DNA from: Bacteroidaceae bacterium
GTDB taxonomy: Bacteria; Bacteroidota; Bacteroidia; Bacteroidales; Bacteroidaceae
DNA: 64,000 nt
Direction of reading: 5' to 3'
Assembly (NCBI GenBank): GCA_045650605.1
Contig: JAZRRI010000036.1
Coordinates: 18,755-82,754, forward strand
Shown one piece after another: positions 26,902 through 35,031 of the stretch. The stretch's first letter is position 1, and each line of letters starts with the position of its first letter. The translations under genes and the position numbers were made by a program. Under the pieces are notes generated by a model. It was not told the DNA's origin, did not search any database, and worked only from the letters and a program-made list of their open reading frames with translations.

Positions 26902-29430
26902 TTACTCTTTAAGATATGATGTGTACGCTGTAGGCAACACTTTTATCAACGTTTCGTCCAGTTCCATTACGTTGCAATCAATTTCTTTCAATTTGCTGTT
27001 TGAACAAATATCAAGATGAGCTAAATTCTTTTTTAATCTATTTTTCTCCATAGCAGACGAATAAAGGTCGGTAATTTTTGCTTTCATCTGTTCGTCGTAT
27101 GTTAAAGGACGGTAGCGCAGCAACAATTGCTCTAAAACCCATCTGTTGTGTTCTACTTCTCCCAATTTTTTCATCATTGAGCCTTCAAATCCTTTTGACG
27201 GGTCTGTTCCAAAACATCTGAACTTACTGAACATTGAATAGATGTTATACTGATTTGACCACATCTTTGCAGACTTTGGTTTATCGTTGGTTTTATACAT
27301 ATTGGCTCTGGGATTTTCAAAAGATTTCTTTACTTCAGAATATTTTATTTTTCCACGGTTTTCTTTTATCCACTCGTCACATCCTTTTTTGATTTTTTCT
27401 TTATTCTTGTCAGAACTTATGCTATAATAACCATTGGAGATTTTATCATAATCTTCGTCTGTCAATTTTTTATAGCGCTTTTTCATCTGCTCCCAAACAA
27501 ATTGGTCATATGCATCTCCAACTTTTTTGGAAATACTTTCTGCCATCTCTGTTAAAGAAAGATTATAGCATTTTTTTGCCATTCCAAAAGCTTTGAGTTT
27601 TTCTGAATATCTGCCTTTATAGTTTATTTGATTGAGCAGTTCGTCGTCTAATCTTTGATAAACCAATACTTGTTGTGTAGAAGTTTCTTCATATATACAA
27701 CTCGGTAAATATGTAGCAGCAGCTATTGCACGACTATTTTCTGGCAGACATATTGCAATTGTCATTTTTGCATTCATGTTTCTGCTTGCATCTTCCAGAT
27801 ATTTTTGTATAGCCGGATTTTCAACAGAACCATTTATGAACTCCCACTCAATGTCAAGGAAGTCACCGCCTAAGTACTCAAATCCAGTCGGGATGTGGAT
27901 GTCCTGTGGCTTCCATTCCAAGACTCCGTTTTCATTGATGTTGCCATATCGCCAATGTGAAAGCGCAAACAGTTCCTTGAAACGTCCTATGAAGAAGTTC
28001 TTTTCCTCTGCTGCATTCTTGTCTATGAAGGTGATTTTTGTACGTATCTGTTTATTCTCATAATTTGGATAGTGGCATAAATGTGCTGCTTCTATTGCCA
28101 TAGCCACTCCCATGCGTGACATTCCTACAATTACAAGATGTACAAAATTATTGTCATCTGGTTTTATGCCATCAAATCCTTCAAGAGGCAAATACTTGCC
28201 ATTTCCTTTAAGTTCTTGGCATACAAGAACATTTTGAGCCCACATCTCATAGTAATTGAAGGGCAGGAACTTTATTTTATCAACATTGATATCTGTTACT
28301 TGAAGAACATTGAATGAGGTCTGGTATTCGAACATAACGCGACAAACCAGTTTTTCCCCTTTCTTGAATGCTTGGGAATTTTTGATTTCGTCATTGATTA
28401 ATCTCAAACATTTCATGTTCATTGTGTCATGATACGACTCAATGTCATCGGTTCTTGTATCCTCGCCAATGACAAAAACTTCTATTGCATTCTCAATGTG
28501 TAAATATGCAATGTCATCTTTAGAAGTGCGGTTGCCATAATATATGATTATATGCTTCTGTTGCTCCTCTGTCAGTCCCGAGAAGAGTTCACGCCTGAAG
28601 CTTTCTACATCGCGTAGGGTTTGGATAACTATGTAAGGCAACTTTTTGACCTTGTTATTGACGAACAGCTCGCTGACGATTCCAATGGCAACATCGTTTC
28701 CACCAATGACTATGTAGAATTTCTTTTTTGCTCTACGTAGAAAACTCTTGTATCTGACCTCTCCTTTTAGCCATAGCTCCCTGCGTCGGTCAATCCAACT
28801 GATGAGCATTGAAATCAATAGGCCGTTAAGGAGAAGAAAACCCAATGTGGCAATAATGCTGGAAATGATACGCCCTCTGTGCGTTGTTGTCATATGTTGG
28901 TTCCCCGGGTCGATAAAATGGTAGTATACAGTCCACAACAGTGATGGGTCTTCCTGTTTTTCCTTTATAGAGTCCGGCAAGTTTGATTGCTTGAGTATGG
29001 TGCAACTCTTTTCTCCTTCATTGCATGTTATGATACCTAATGTGTCTATTCCTGAATACTCCTCTTTATATAGATTATCTTCGTAGACCAATTCTTTGCT
29101 TGATAGGCAGTGATAATCTTCTTTGGCACAATGTTTGTCGGTAATGGCGATGTTGACAAGATGAACGATTGCTGTGATTGTTACAGGTATGAACAATACA
29201 AATTTTATGACCTTGCCCAAGAAGTTTCCTCTTGTCAAAAGCCAATCACGTTTTATGGGTTTGCAGAAAACAATAAAGTACCGTATGCAGTATATGAGAC
29301 CAATAGCACCGACAATGATTTCAAAACACTGTTTCTGCCAAAAGATACCAACTACATACGTAATTATACATATGGCGAGTAATGCGATTTCTAAAAATTT
29401 CCAAATAATATTCTTTATTGTATTGCGCAT
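26902..29430 (-). CDS. CASTOR/POLLUX-like putative ion channel with two RCK/Rossmann-like domains and a divergent RyR-like C-terminus
   Basis: 842 aa. N-terminal TMs and a pore-loop-like LLWTVYYHFIDPGNQH followed by a TM. Then FYIVIGGNDVAIG and LVIVGMSRMGVAMA. C-terminus VEHNRWVLEQLLLRYRPLT...AHLDICSNSKLKEID. Confidence 0.5.
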   Translation of the reverse strand: MRNTIKNIIWKFLEIALLAICIITYVVGIFWQKQCFEIIVGAIGLIYCIRYFIVFCKPIKRDWLLTRGNFLGKVIKFVLFIPVTITAIVHLVNIAITDKHCAKEDYHCLSSKELVYEDNLYKEEYSGIDTLGIITCNEGEKSCTILKQSNLPDSIKEKQEDPSLLWTVYYHFIDPGNQHMTTTHRGRIISSIIATLGFLLLNGLLISMLISWIDRRRELWLKGEVRYKSFLRRAKKKFYIVIGGNDVAIGIVSELFVNNKVKKLPYIVIQTLRDVESFRRELFSGLTEEQQKHIIIYYGNRTSKDDIAYLHIENAIEVFVIGEDTRTDDIESYHDTMNMKCLRLINDEIKNSQAFKKGEKLVCRVMFEYQTSFNVLQVTDINVDKIKFLPFNYYEMWAQNVLVCQELKGNGKYLPLEGFDGIKPDDNNFVHLVIVGMSRMGVAMAIEAAHLCHYPNYENKQIRTKITFIDKNAAEEKNFFIGRFKELFALSHWRYGNINENGVLEWKPQDIHIPTGFEYLGGDFLDIEWEFINGSVENPAIQKYLEDASRNMNAKMTIAICLPENSRAIAAATYLPSCIYEETSTQQVLVYQRLDDELLNQINYKGRYSEKLKAFGMAKKCYNLSLTEMAESISKKVGDAYDQFVWEQMKKRYKKLTDEDYDKISNGYYSISSDKNKEKIKKGCDEWIKENRGKIKYSEVKKSFENPRANMYKTNDKPKSAKMWSNQYNIYSMFSKFRCFGTDPSKGFEGSMMKKLGEVEHNRWVLEQLLLRYRPLTYDEQMKAKITDLYSSAMEKNRLKKNLAHLDICSNSKLKEIDCNVMELDETLIKVLPTAYTSYLKE

Positions 29431-29479
29431 ATGTGGAACCGGTGTTTGTCAAAAAAAAGTAAATAGAATTCAACAAATG

Positions 29480-29487
29480 CAAATATA
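29480..29487 (-). promoter_or_regulatory. candidate -7 box (TATATTTG) at the head of the island array
   Basis: Minus-strand TAnnTTTG match 50 nt upstream of the ATG at 29430, in an AT-rich divergent intergenic region. Confidence 0.45.
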
Positions 29488-29672
29488 TATTAAAATGTTT
29501 GAAATGAAATAAAATCTTACTTATTATTCGTTTAGAGTATAATAATTTGCGCTTTACTCATTTTGTCTGTTATCAATGTTATATATTTATGAAATTCTAT
29601 TTTTTTATGTTGCTTTGCCTTTTGTTTAAGTTTTTTTAAATCTATCTTTTAAAGATTTATGGAATTTTATTG

Positions 29673-29680
29673 TAAATTTG
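29673..29680 (+). promoter_or_regulatory. candidate -7 box (TAAATTTG)
   Basis: TAnnTTTG match 20 nt upstream of the ATG at 29700. Confidence 0.45.
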
Positions 29681-29699
29681 CAACGATTACAATGTTGAT

Positions 29700-29906
29700 A
29701 TGGTAACACCTGATATAGAATACTCAACCATGGACGAGCGACGTGCTTTTGTACAGGCTCAGTGGCAGTGTATGGGAAATTGCGAGCTGTGTGGTAAGTG
29801 CCACATACTCAAGGGACGTGACCCCGAGACACTCTATGCCGACTATATCGATGGCAAGCGCTCATATATCGATGTTACATTGAGTATAAGGAACAATAAT
29901 CGTTAA
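29700..29906 (+). CDS. small Cys-rich hypothetical protein
   Basis: 68 aa. Motif [12 protein letters not shown]. Confidence 0.45.
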   Translation: MVTPDIEYSTMDERRAFVQAQWQCMGNCELCGKCHILKGRDPETLYADYIDGKRSYIDVTLSIRNNNR

Positions 29907-29926
29907 CAATTAAAAAAGTTTTTATT

Positions 29927-30103
29927 ATGGAGATAAAAGAGAAAGTATTGGCAACAATGAGAGAGGCCGGCGAGCCTTTGAACGCAGGCAAGATTGCAGA
30001 ACTCAGCGGCATTGACCGCAAGGAGGTGGACAAGGCCATGAAACTATTGAAAGAGGAGGGTGCCATTGTGTCGCCCGTCCGTTGCAAGTGGACTGTGGCA
30101 TGA
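29927..30103 (+). CDS. small winged-helix (MarR/DprA-C-like) DNA-binding protein; ORF below the track cutoff
   Basis: 58 aa read by hand: [61 protein letters not shown] at 29927, TGA at 30101. Confidence 0.55.
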   Translation: MEIKEKVLATMREAGEPLNAGKIAELSGIDRKEVDKAMKLLKEEGAIVSPVRCKWTVA

Positions 30104-30193
30104 TAGAGTCACCCATTTCCTTTATAATATCAATGGGAGCCTTTTGAAGGTTCCCATTGATTGTTTTATACGGTAGCTCTTTTTGCTACCTTT

Positions 30194-30883
30194 TTAAAAA
30201 CCGTTATAGGTGTATGCAAGCGTGAAGATACTGATTTTGCAACCGCAATTATTTTGCAATGTGCTTGCACAACTGCAGAGCGTTGCGCCGGTGGTGAGGA
30301 TGTCGTCTACCAACAGAATATGCTCGTTCTCCAATGTACGGTCTGTGTTTACCGAGAAGATATCCTTTACATTCTCCCAACGCTCGTCGCGGTTCTTGTG
30401 TGTCTGTGTTTCGTTGGCAATGTCGCGTTTCATGAGCGTTGTGTCAACCGGTATCCCGGTGATGTTGGATAACCCCATAGCTATATATTCGCTCTGGTTA
30501 TATCCTCTCTTGCGCTGTTTCTTTTTTGAAAGGGGTAGGGGAACAATGCGTGTTATGCCGTCGAAGAAACCGCTGTCGAGCAACTCTTTTGCAGCCATTT
30601 CGGCCAGGCGGGTACCCACCTCGGGAGCGTCTTTGTACTTCAGTTTGTGCATCAACGCGTTGTATGGCGACCCTTTGCGGTAGTACATGAACGATGCGGC
30701 ACGCTCAATCTCTATCTTTCCCCAGAACGTCTGCTCAATCTCCTGTTTGTGCTGCGGTTCAATCTTTGGAAGATGGTACAGGCAGTTGAGACATATGTCG
30801 CGCTCTTGTCGCGACAGTGTCTCTCCACACACGCAGCAGTGGCGTGGAAAAATGAGGTCAATGAGGTCAGAAATCCATTTCAT
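30194..30883 (-). CDS. comF: ComF family protein (amidophosphoribosyltransferase-like)
   Basis: 229 aa. N-terminal CCVCGE...CLNC zinc finger and PRT motif ILLVDDILTTGAT. Overlaps the recX stop by 17 nt. Confidence 0.85.
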   Translation of the reverse strand: MKWISDLIDLIFPRHCCVCGETLSRQERDICLNCLYHLPKIEPQHKQEIEQTFWGKIEIERAASFMYYRKGSPYNALMHKLKYKDAPEVGTRLAEMAAKELLDSGFFDGITRIVPLPLSKKKQRKRGYNQSEYIAMGLSNITGIPVDTTLMKRDIANETQTHKNRDERWENVKDIFSVNTDRTLENEHILLVDDILTTGATLCSCASTLQNNCGCKISIFTLAYTYNGF

Positions 30884-31346
30884 CGCCTTTGTACTTTATG
30901 ATTTTCATTATGAGCGCGGGTTCGTAACCGCGGCTTGCCGCGTGGCGTATTATTTTCTGCTGCGCAGCAAAGTCATTCTTGCCTTTGAGCTCGCGGCGCT
31001 TGATGTCTATGGTCTCTTGCAGTGCCTGCAAGTATGCGTCCTCGTCAATGTTCTCCAATGCCTCTTTGACGTGCTCCTGTGGCAAGTGCTTCTCGCGCAG
31101 CGCGGCTGTTATTTTTATTCGCCCCCAACGGTTGAACTTTACCTTGTCGTTGACAAATGCACGGCAATAGCGAGCCTCGTCAATGAATTTCTCTTTGATG
31201 AGCCTTGCAATGATTTTCTCCTGCTCACCATGTGGCACACCCCATGCAGTGAGCTTCATGCTCACTTCGCTAATGCAGCGCTCACACAGTGTGCAGTAGG
31301 CTGCAGCCTTGTTCAGTGCTTCACCGGGGGATAGGGGCTTTTTCAT
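30867..31346 (-). CDS. recX: regulatory protein RecX
   Basis: 159 aa. Helical repeat protein with the RecX-like pattern (AAYCTLCERCISEV...FIDEARY...). Confidence 0.8.
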   Translation of the reverse strand: MKKPLSPGEALNKAAAYCTLCERCISEVSMKLTAWGVPHGEQEKIIARLIKEKFIDEARYCRAFVNDKVKFNRWGRIKITAALREKHLPQEHVKEALENIDEDAYLQALQETIDIKRRELKGKNDFAAQQKIIRHAASRGYEPALIMKIIKYKGDEMDF

Positions 31347-31420
31347 AGTCTTTATTGAGGTTGACGAGTCAAACTTTATACATTGTTTTTATTACAGACA
31401 GAGGTGTTTTTCACAACTCA

Positions 31421-31462
31421 ACCCCTCCGCCTTCGGCACCTCCCCTAAGGGCAGGGGAGGAA
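31421..31462. repeat. CCCTCCGC...CCCCT-loop-AGGGG hairpin repeat (family B)
   Basis: acccctccgccttcggcacctcccctaagggcaggggagg. Related copies at 34968-35008 and in the 55-56.4 kb tract. Confidence 0.6.
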
Positions 31463-31494
31463 TTTGTGGCTTGCGGCTGTACTTTTTTTTAGGT

Positions 31495-31639
31495 AATAAT
31501 ATAGCAGTTGACCCAATGTTGACATTATTCGCGAATTTGTCATCCTGAACGTATGTGAAGGATCTCATAACCACGCAGAACAGAGATACTTCGCTTTGCT
31601 CAGTATGACAATGGTCGCCGGCTCAACTGCTATATTATT
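31495..31639. repeat. MITE-like palindromic element, copy 1
   Basis: Perfect 17-nt terminal inverted repeats aataatatagcagttga / tcaactgctatattatt. They enclose an inner inverted pair ttgtcatcctgaacg..gaaggatct / agatacttcgctttgctcagtatgacaa. Confidence 0.75.
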
Positions 31640-31690
31640 GCTTTTTTTTATGCTCTTTTATTGCTCCCCTGTTTTAGGGGAGCTGTCTGC

Positions 31691-32542
31691 TTACAGACTG
31701 ACGGGTTTACATTTCACAGCTCTAATCATCCTGTCATTCTCGGCAAAGTCCTTGCGCAGTTCAATGCTTGTGTAACCAAGCGCGGAAAGCATCTCCATTG
31801 TCTCCTTGCCGTGGGCGCGGTTTATCTCGAAATAGAGACGGCCGCCGGGCTTTAGTATTTGCATGCCTTTTTCGGCTATTGTGCGGTAGAATAGCAACGG
31901 GTCGCTGTCGGGCACAAACAGGGCTGTGTGGGGTTCCCAATCGAGCACGTTGCTGTGCATTGCAGGCTTTTCGTTCTCCTTTATATAAGGTGGGTTGCTC
32001 ACTATGATGTCGAATTGCTTGCCTGTAGGTTTGTATGCCAAAATATCAACCTCTTCAAATGCAACGGCGCAACCATTTGCTTTGCTGTTCTCTGCGGCAA
32101 CGGCAAGCGCATCAGTTGAAATGTCCCATGCCGTTACTTTGCTTTGCGGCAGTTTATGTGCAAGGCTCACTGCTATGCATCCGCTGCCTGTGCCAATGTC
32201 CAGTATGTTCCCGTTGCCTCTAGCTTCGCTCACAATCCACTCCACAAGTTCGCTTGTTTCGGGGCGTGGGATTAGTGTAGCCGGGGTAACCTTGAACCTC
32301 AAACCACAAAAATCGCTGTAACCGAGAATATACTGTATCGGTTCCTGCTTTTTCAAGCGCTCAATGGCATTGTCAAACAGGGTTTGCTGTTCGGCAGTGA
32401 GAGTGATGTCATCCTTCAGGTAGAACGCCATTTGCGACACGCCAAGCAACTCGGTGGCAATGATGCGAGTGAGGGCAGAAATCTCTCCGACAGTGTAGCT
32501 GCAGGAGAGATTTTTATTTATTTGCCTGGTTATCGCTTTCAT
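31691..32542 (-). CDS. prmC: peptide chain release factor N5-glutamine methyltransferase
   Basis: 283 aa. SAM motif ILDIGTGSGCIA and catalytic VSNPPYI. Confidence 0.9.
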   Translation of the reverse strand: MKAITRQINKNLSCSYTVGEISALTRIIATELLGVSQMAFYLKDDITLTAEQQTLFDNAIERLKKQEPIQYILGYSDFCGLRFKVTPATLIPRPETSELVEWIVSEARGNGNILDIGTGSGCIAVSLAHKLPQSKVTAWDISTDALAVAAENSKANGCAVAFEEVDILAYKPTGKQFDIIVSNPPYIKENEKPAMHSNVLDWEPHTALFVPDSDPLLFYRTIAEKGMQILKPGGRLYFEINRAHGKETMEMLSALGYTSIELRKDFAENDRMIRAVKCKPVSL

Positions 32543-32546
32543 CGTT

Positions 32547-33281
32547 TTAGCCGTTTATTGCACTGAATAGTTTCTCCCACTCATTGCAGAGTGCCTCGAT
32601 TGATGGGAATACAAGGTTTGCACCGGCTTGGCTTAAGACCTCATCTTTCAATGGGCCTGTGTTGGCTGCAACGGTGAAAAGACCGGCTGCAACACCTGCG
32701 GTAACGCCAAGTGGGGCGTTTTCCACTACAATGACTTCATTGGGGGCAAAGCCGCCGCGCTCAAGTGCAAGCAGGTAAGGGTCGGGGAAAGGCTTGCCGC
32801 GCTTTACGTGGAAACTGCTGATGACGTGACCTTCGGCAAAAAGGCCCGGGAAGTTGCTCTGTATGCGGTCGAGCAGTGTTGGTGTGCCGCTGCCGGTGAC
32901 AATCATTGGGGTGAGTCCACAAGCCTTTACCTTCTGCACCAGTTCAAGTGCGAACGGCATTCGTGGTGTGGGCGGGTAGGTATCGAAGATAGCACATTTT
33001 GCCTTGCAAAGTTCATCAATTTGTTCCTCGGTTGCCGGTTTGCCGAACTGGGCAAGGCTGGCGGTATTGATGGTGTCGGCACCGGTGCGGCCCTCGTTCA
33101 TATAAACATCCTCGCGCGAGAAGTCGAAACCGGCATCGGTCATCACGCGCGACCAGGCATCGGCATGGTAGGGCATGGAGTCGAACAGCACGCCGTCCAT
33201 GTCGAACAATACAGCACGCAACTGCAAGGCCACAAGGCCTTGCAGTTGCTTATAGTTTTCAATAGCTTTTATGTAATCCAT
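32547..33281 (-). CDS. HAD-family hydrolase (beta-phosphoglucomutase-like)
   Basis: 244 aa. VLFDMDGVLFDS motif I and downstream HAD motifs. Confidence 0.85.
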   Translation of the reverse strand: MDYIKAIENYKQLQGLVALQLRAVLFDMDGVLFDSMPYHADAWSRVMTDAGFDFSREDVYMNEGRTGADTINTASLAQFGKPATEEQIDELCKAKCAIFDTYPPTPRMPFALELVQKVKACGLTPMIVTGSGTPTLLDRIQSNFPGLFAEGHVISSFHVKRGKPFPDPYLLALERGGFAPNEVIVVENAPLGVTAGVAAGLFTVAANTGPLKDEVLSQAGANLVFPSIEALCNEWEKLFSAING

Positions 33282-33299
33282 TAAAGACTGTTTAGTTTT

Positions 33300-33605
33300 T
33301 TTTGTAAATCGTTTTTTTGAGATCCTTTGACAATCCTTGCTTATCGCAACCTACACGGCGCAAACTTCGCCTGCGCTACGTGTAACCAACTGCTGCAAGT
33401 ATTGTCGAACTAAAGTTTCGTCGCTCCGCTCTGTCGGGATGACAAGTGCGTTTGTTTTTAGATCCTTCGACTGCGCTCAGGATGACAATTACGCGTTTAG
33501 GAATGACAAGTACTTCACATTAGTGTCATATCGACCGTATGGGAGATATCTCTTGTATCGCGGATTTTGAGATTCTTCGCTACGCTCAGAATGACAATCT
33601 TTTCT
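33300..33605. repeat. array of same-orientation half-copies of the family A repeat plus other short repeats
   Basis: gagatcctttgacaat, tcgctccgctctgtcgggatgacaagtg, agatccttcgactgcgctcaggatgacaat, aggaatgacaagt and gagattcttcgctacgctcagaatgacaat, all in one 326-bp intergenic gap. Confidence 0.7.
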
Positions 33606-33607
33606 TA

Positions 33608-34951
33608 TTACAGTCTTGCGCGGATTGCCTTGCTCTCCTCCTCGTAACCGGGTTTGTCAAGGAGTGCGAACATGTTCTTCTTGTATGCCTCTACACCCGG
33701 CTGGTTGAATGGGTTCACGCCCAATACATAACCGCTGATACCGCAACCGATTTCAAAGAAGTAGAGCAACTGGCCAATGTAGTATGCGTTGAGCTCGGGG
33801 ATTGAGATGCGGATGTTGGGCACGCCACCGTCAACGTGTGCGAGCTGTGTACCAAGCTCGGCCATCTTGTTTACCTCATCGACATGCTTGCCTGCGAGGA
33901 AGTTGAGACCATCGAGGTTCTCCTCGTCGCTTGGAACGGTGAGTGAACTGTTTGGCTTCTCGATAGAGAGCACTGTCTCGAAGATTGTGCGCTCACCCTC
34001 CTGAATCCACTGACCCATTGAGTGAAGGTCGGTTGTGAAGTCTACCGATGCAGGGAATATACCCTTGTTCTCCTTGCCCTCGCTCTCGCCGTAGAGCTGT
34101 TTCCACCACTCGGATGTGAAGTGGAGCTTTGGCTGATAGTTTACGAGGATTTCAATCTTCTTGCCGTCGGCGTAGAGAGCGTTACGTGTAGCTGCGTACA
34201 TGGCTGCAATGTTCTCCTCAAATGGAACAGTGGGGGCGCAGTTCTTCTCCATGTCCTGTGCACCGTTTACAAGTGCCTCGATGTCGAAGCCTGCAACTGC
34301 GATTGGCAACAGACCTACAGGGGTGAGGACTGAGAAACGGCCACCAACGTTGTCGGGGATGATGAAGCTCTTGTAACCCTCTTTGTTGGCTGTGATGCGT
34401 GCTGCACCCTTAACTGCATCGGTAATGGCAACGATAACCTTGCTTGCCATCTCCTTGCCGCGCTGGTCCTCGCACTGCTTCTTCAAGAGACGGAATGCAA
34501 GCGCTGTCTCTGTTGTAGTACCCGATTTTGAGATATTGATTACACCGAACTTCTTGTCTTTGAGGTACTCTGTGAGCTCATAGAGGTAGTCCTCGCTGAT
34601 GTTGTGACCTGCGAAGATTACGCGTGGGTTTTTGCTGTCGCCCATGAGTGCGGCAAAGTTGTTGCTCAATGCCTCGATGACTGCACGTGCGCCAAGGTAG
34701 CTGCCACCGATACCTGCAACAACCACTACCTCGCAGTTCTCGCGCAGTGTCTGTGCTGTAGCGTTGATGTCGGCAATGTGCTCTGCTGTAATTGATGATG
34801 GAAGGTGCAACCAGCCGAGGAAGTCGTTGCCGGGGAGTGAACCGTCCTCAAGAGCGGCCTGTGCGCGTTTAACCTGTGGCTCAAGAGCCATAATCTGCTC
34901 ACGTGTTACAAAACCTGTAACCTTGTCAATGTTAAGTGTTATATTTTTCAT
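33608..34951 (-). CDS. pgi: glucose-6-phosphate isomerase
   Basis: 447 aa from the ATG at 34951 ([10 protein letters not shown]). The track's longer start runs into a repeat hairpin. Conserved GIGGSYLG and SKSGTTTE. Confidence 0.95.
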   Translation of the reverse strand: MKNITLNIDKVTGFVTREQIMALEPQVKRAQAALEDGSLPGNDFLGWLHLPSSITAEHIADINATAQTLRENCEVVVVAGIGGSYLGARAVIEALSNNFAALMGDSKNPRVIFAGHNISEDYLYELTEYLKDKKFGVINISKSGTTTETALAFRLLKKQCEDQRGKEMASKVIVAITDAVKGAARITANKEGYKSFIIPDNVGGRFSVLTPVGLLPIAVAGFDIEALVNGAQDMEKNCAPTVPFEENIAAMYAATRNALYADGKKIEILVNYQPKLHFTSEWWKQLYGESEGKENKGIFPASVDFTTDLHSMGQWIQEGERTIFETVLSIEKPNSSLTVPSDEENLDGLNFLAGKHVDEVNKMAELGTQLAHVDGGVPNIRISIPELNAYYIGQLLYFFEIGCGISGYVLGVNPFNQPGVEAYKKNMFALLDKPGYEEESKAIRARL

Positions 34952-34967
34952 TGTTATTTTTGTTTTT

Positions 34968-35008
34968 ACCCCCTCCGCTTTGCTCGTCCCCCTAAGACAG
35001 GGGGACAA
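34968..35008. repeat. family B hairpin repeat
   Basis: accccctccgctttgctcgtccccctaagacagggggacaa, between the gpsA stop and the pgi start. Confidence 0.6.
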
Positions 35009-35031
35009 TACTTAGTGGTAGGGACAAATTT

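Noticed and set aside
7819-29430. Interpreting the island as an integrative element or prophage.
   Set aside because: There is no integrase or recombinase, no tRNA or att-like direct repeats at the borders, and no phage structural or conjugation genes. The only mobility trace is one decayed IS.
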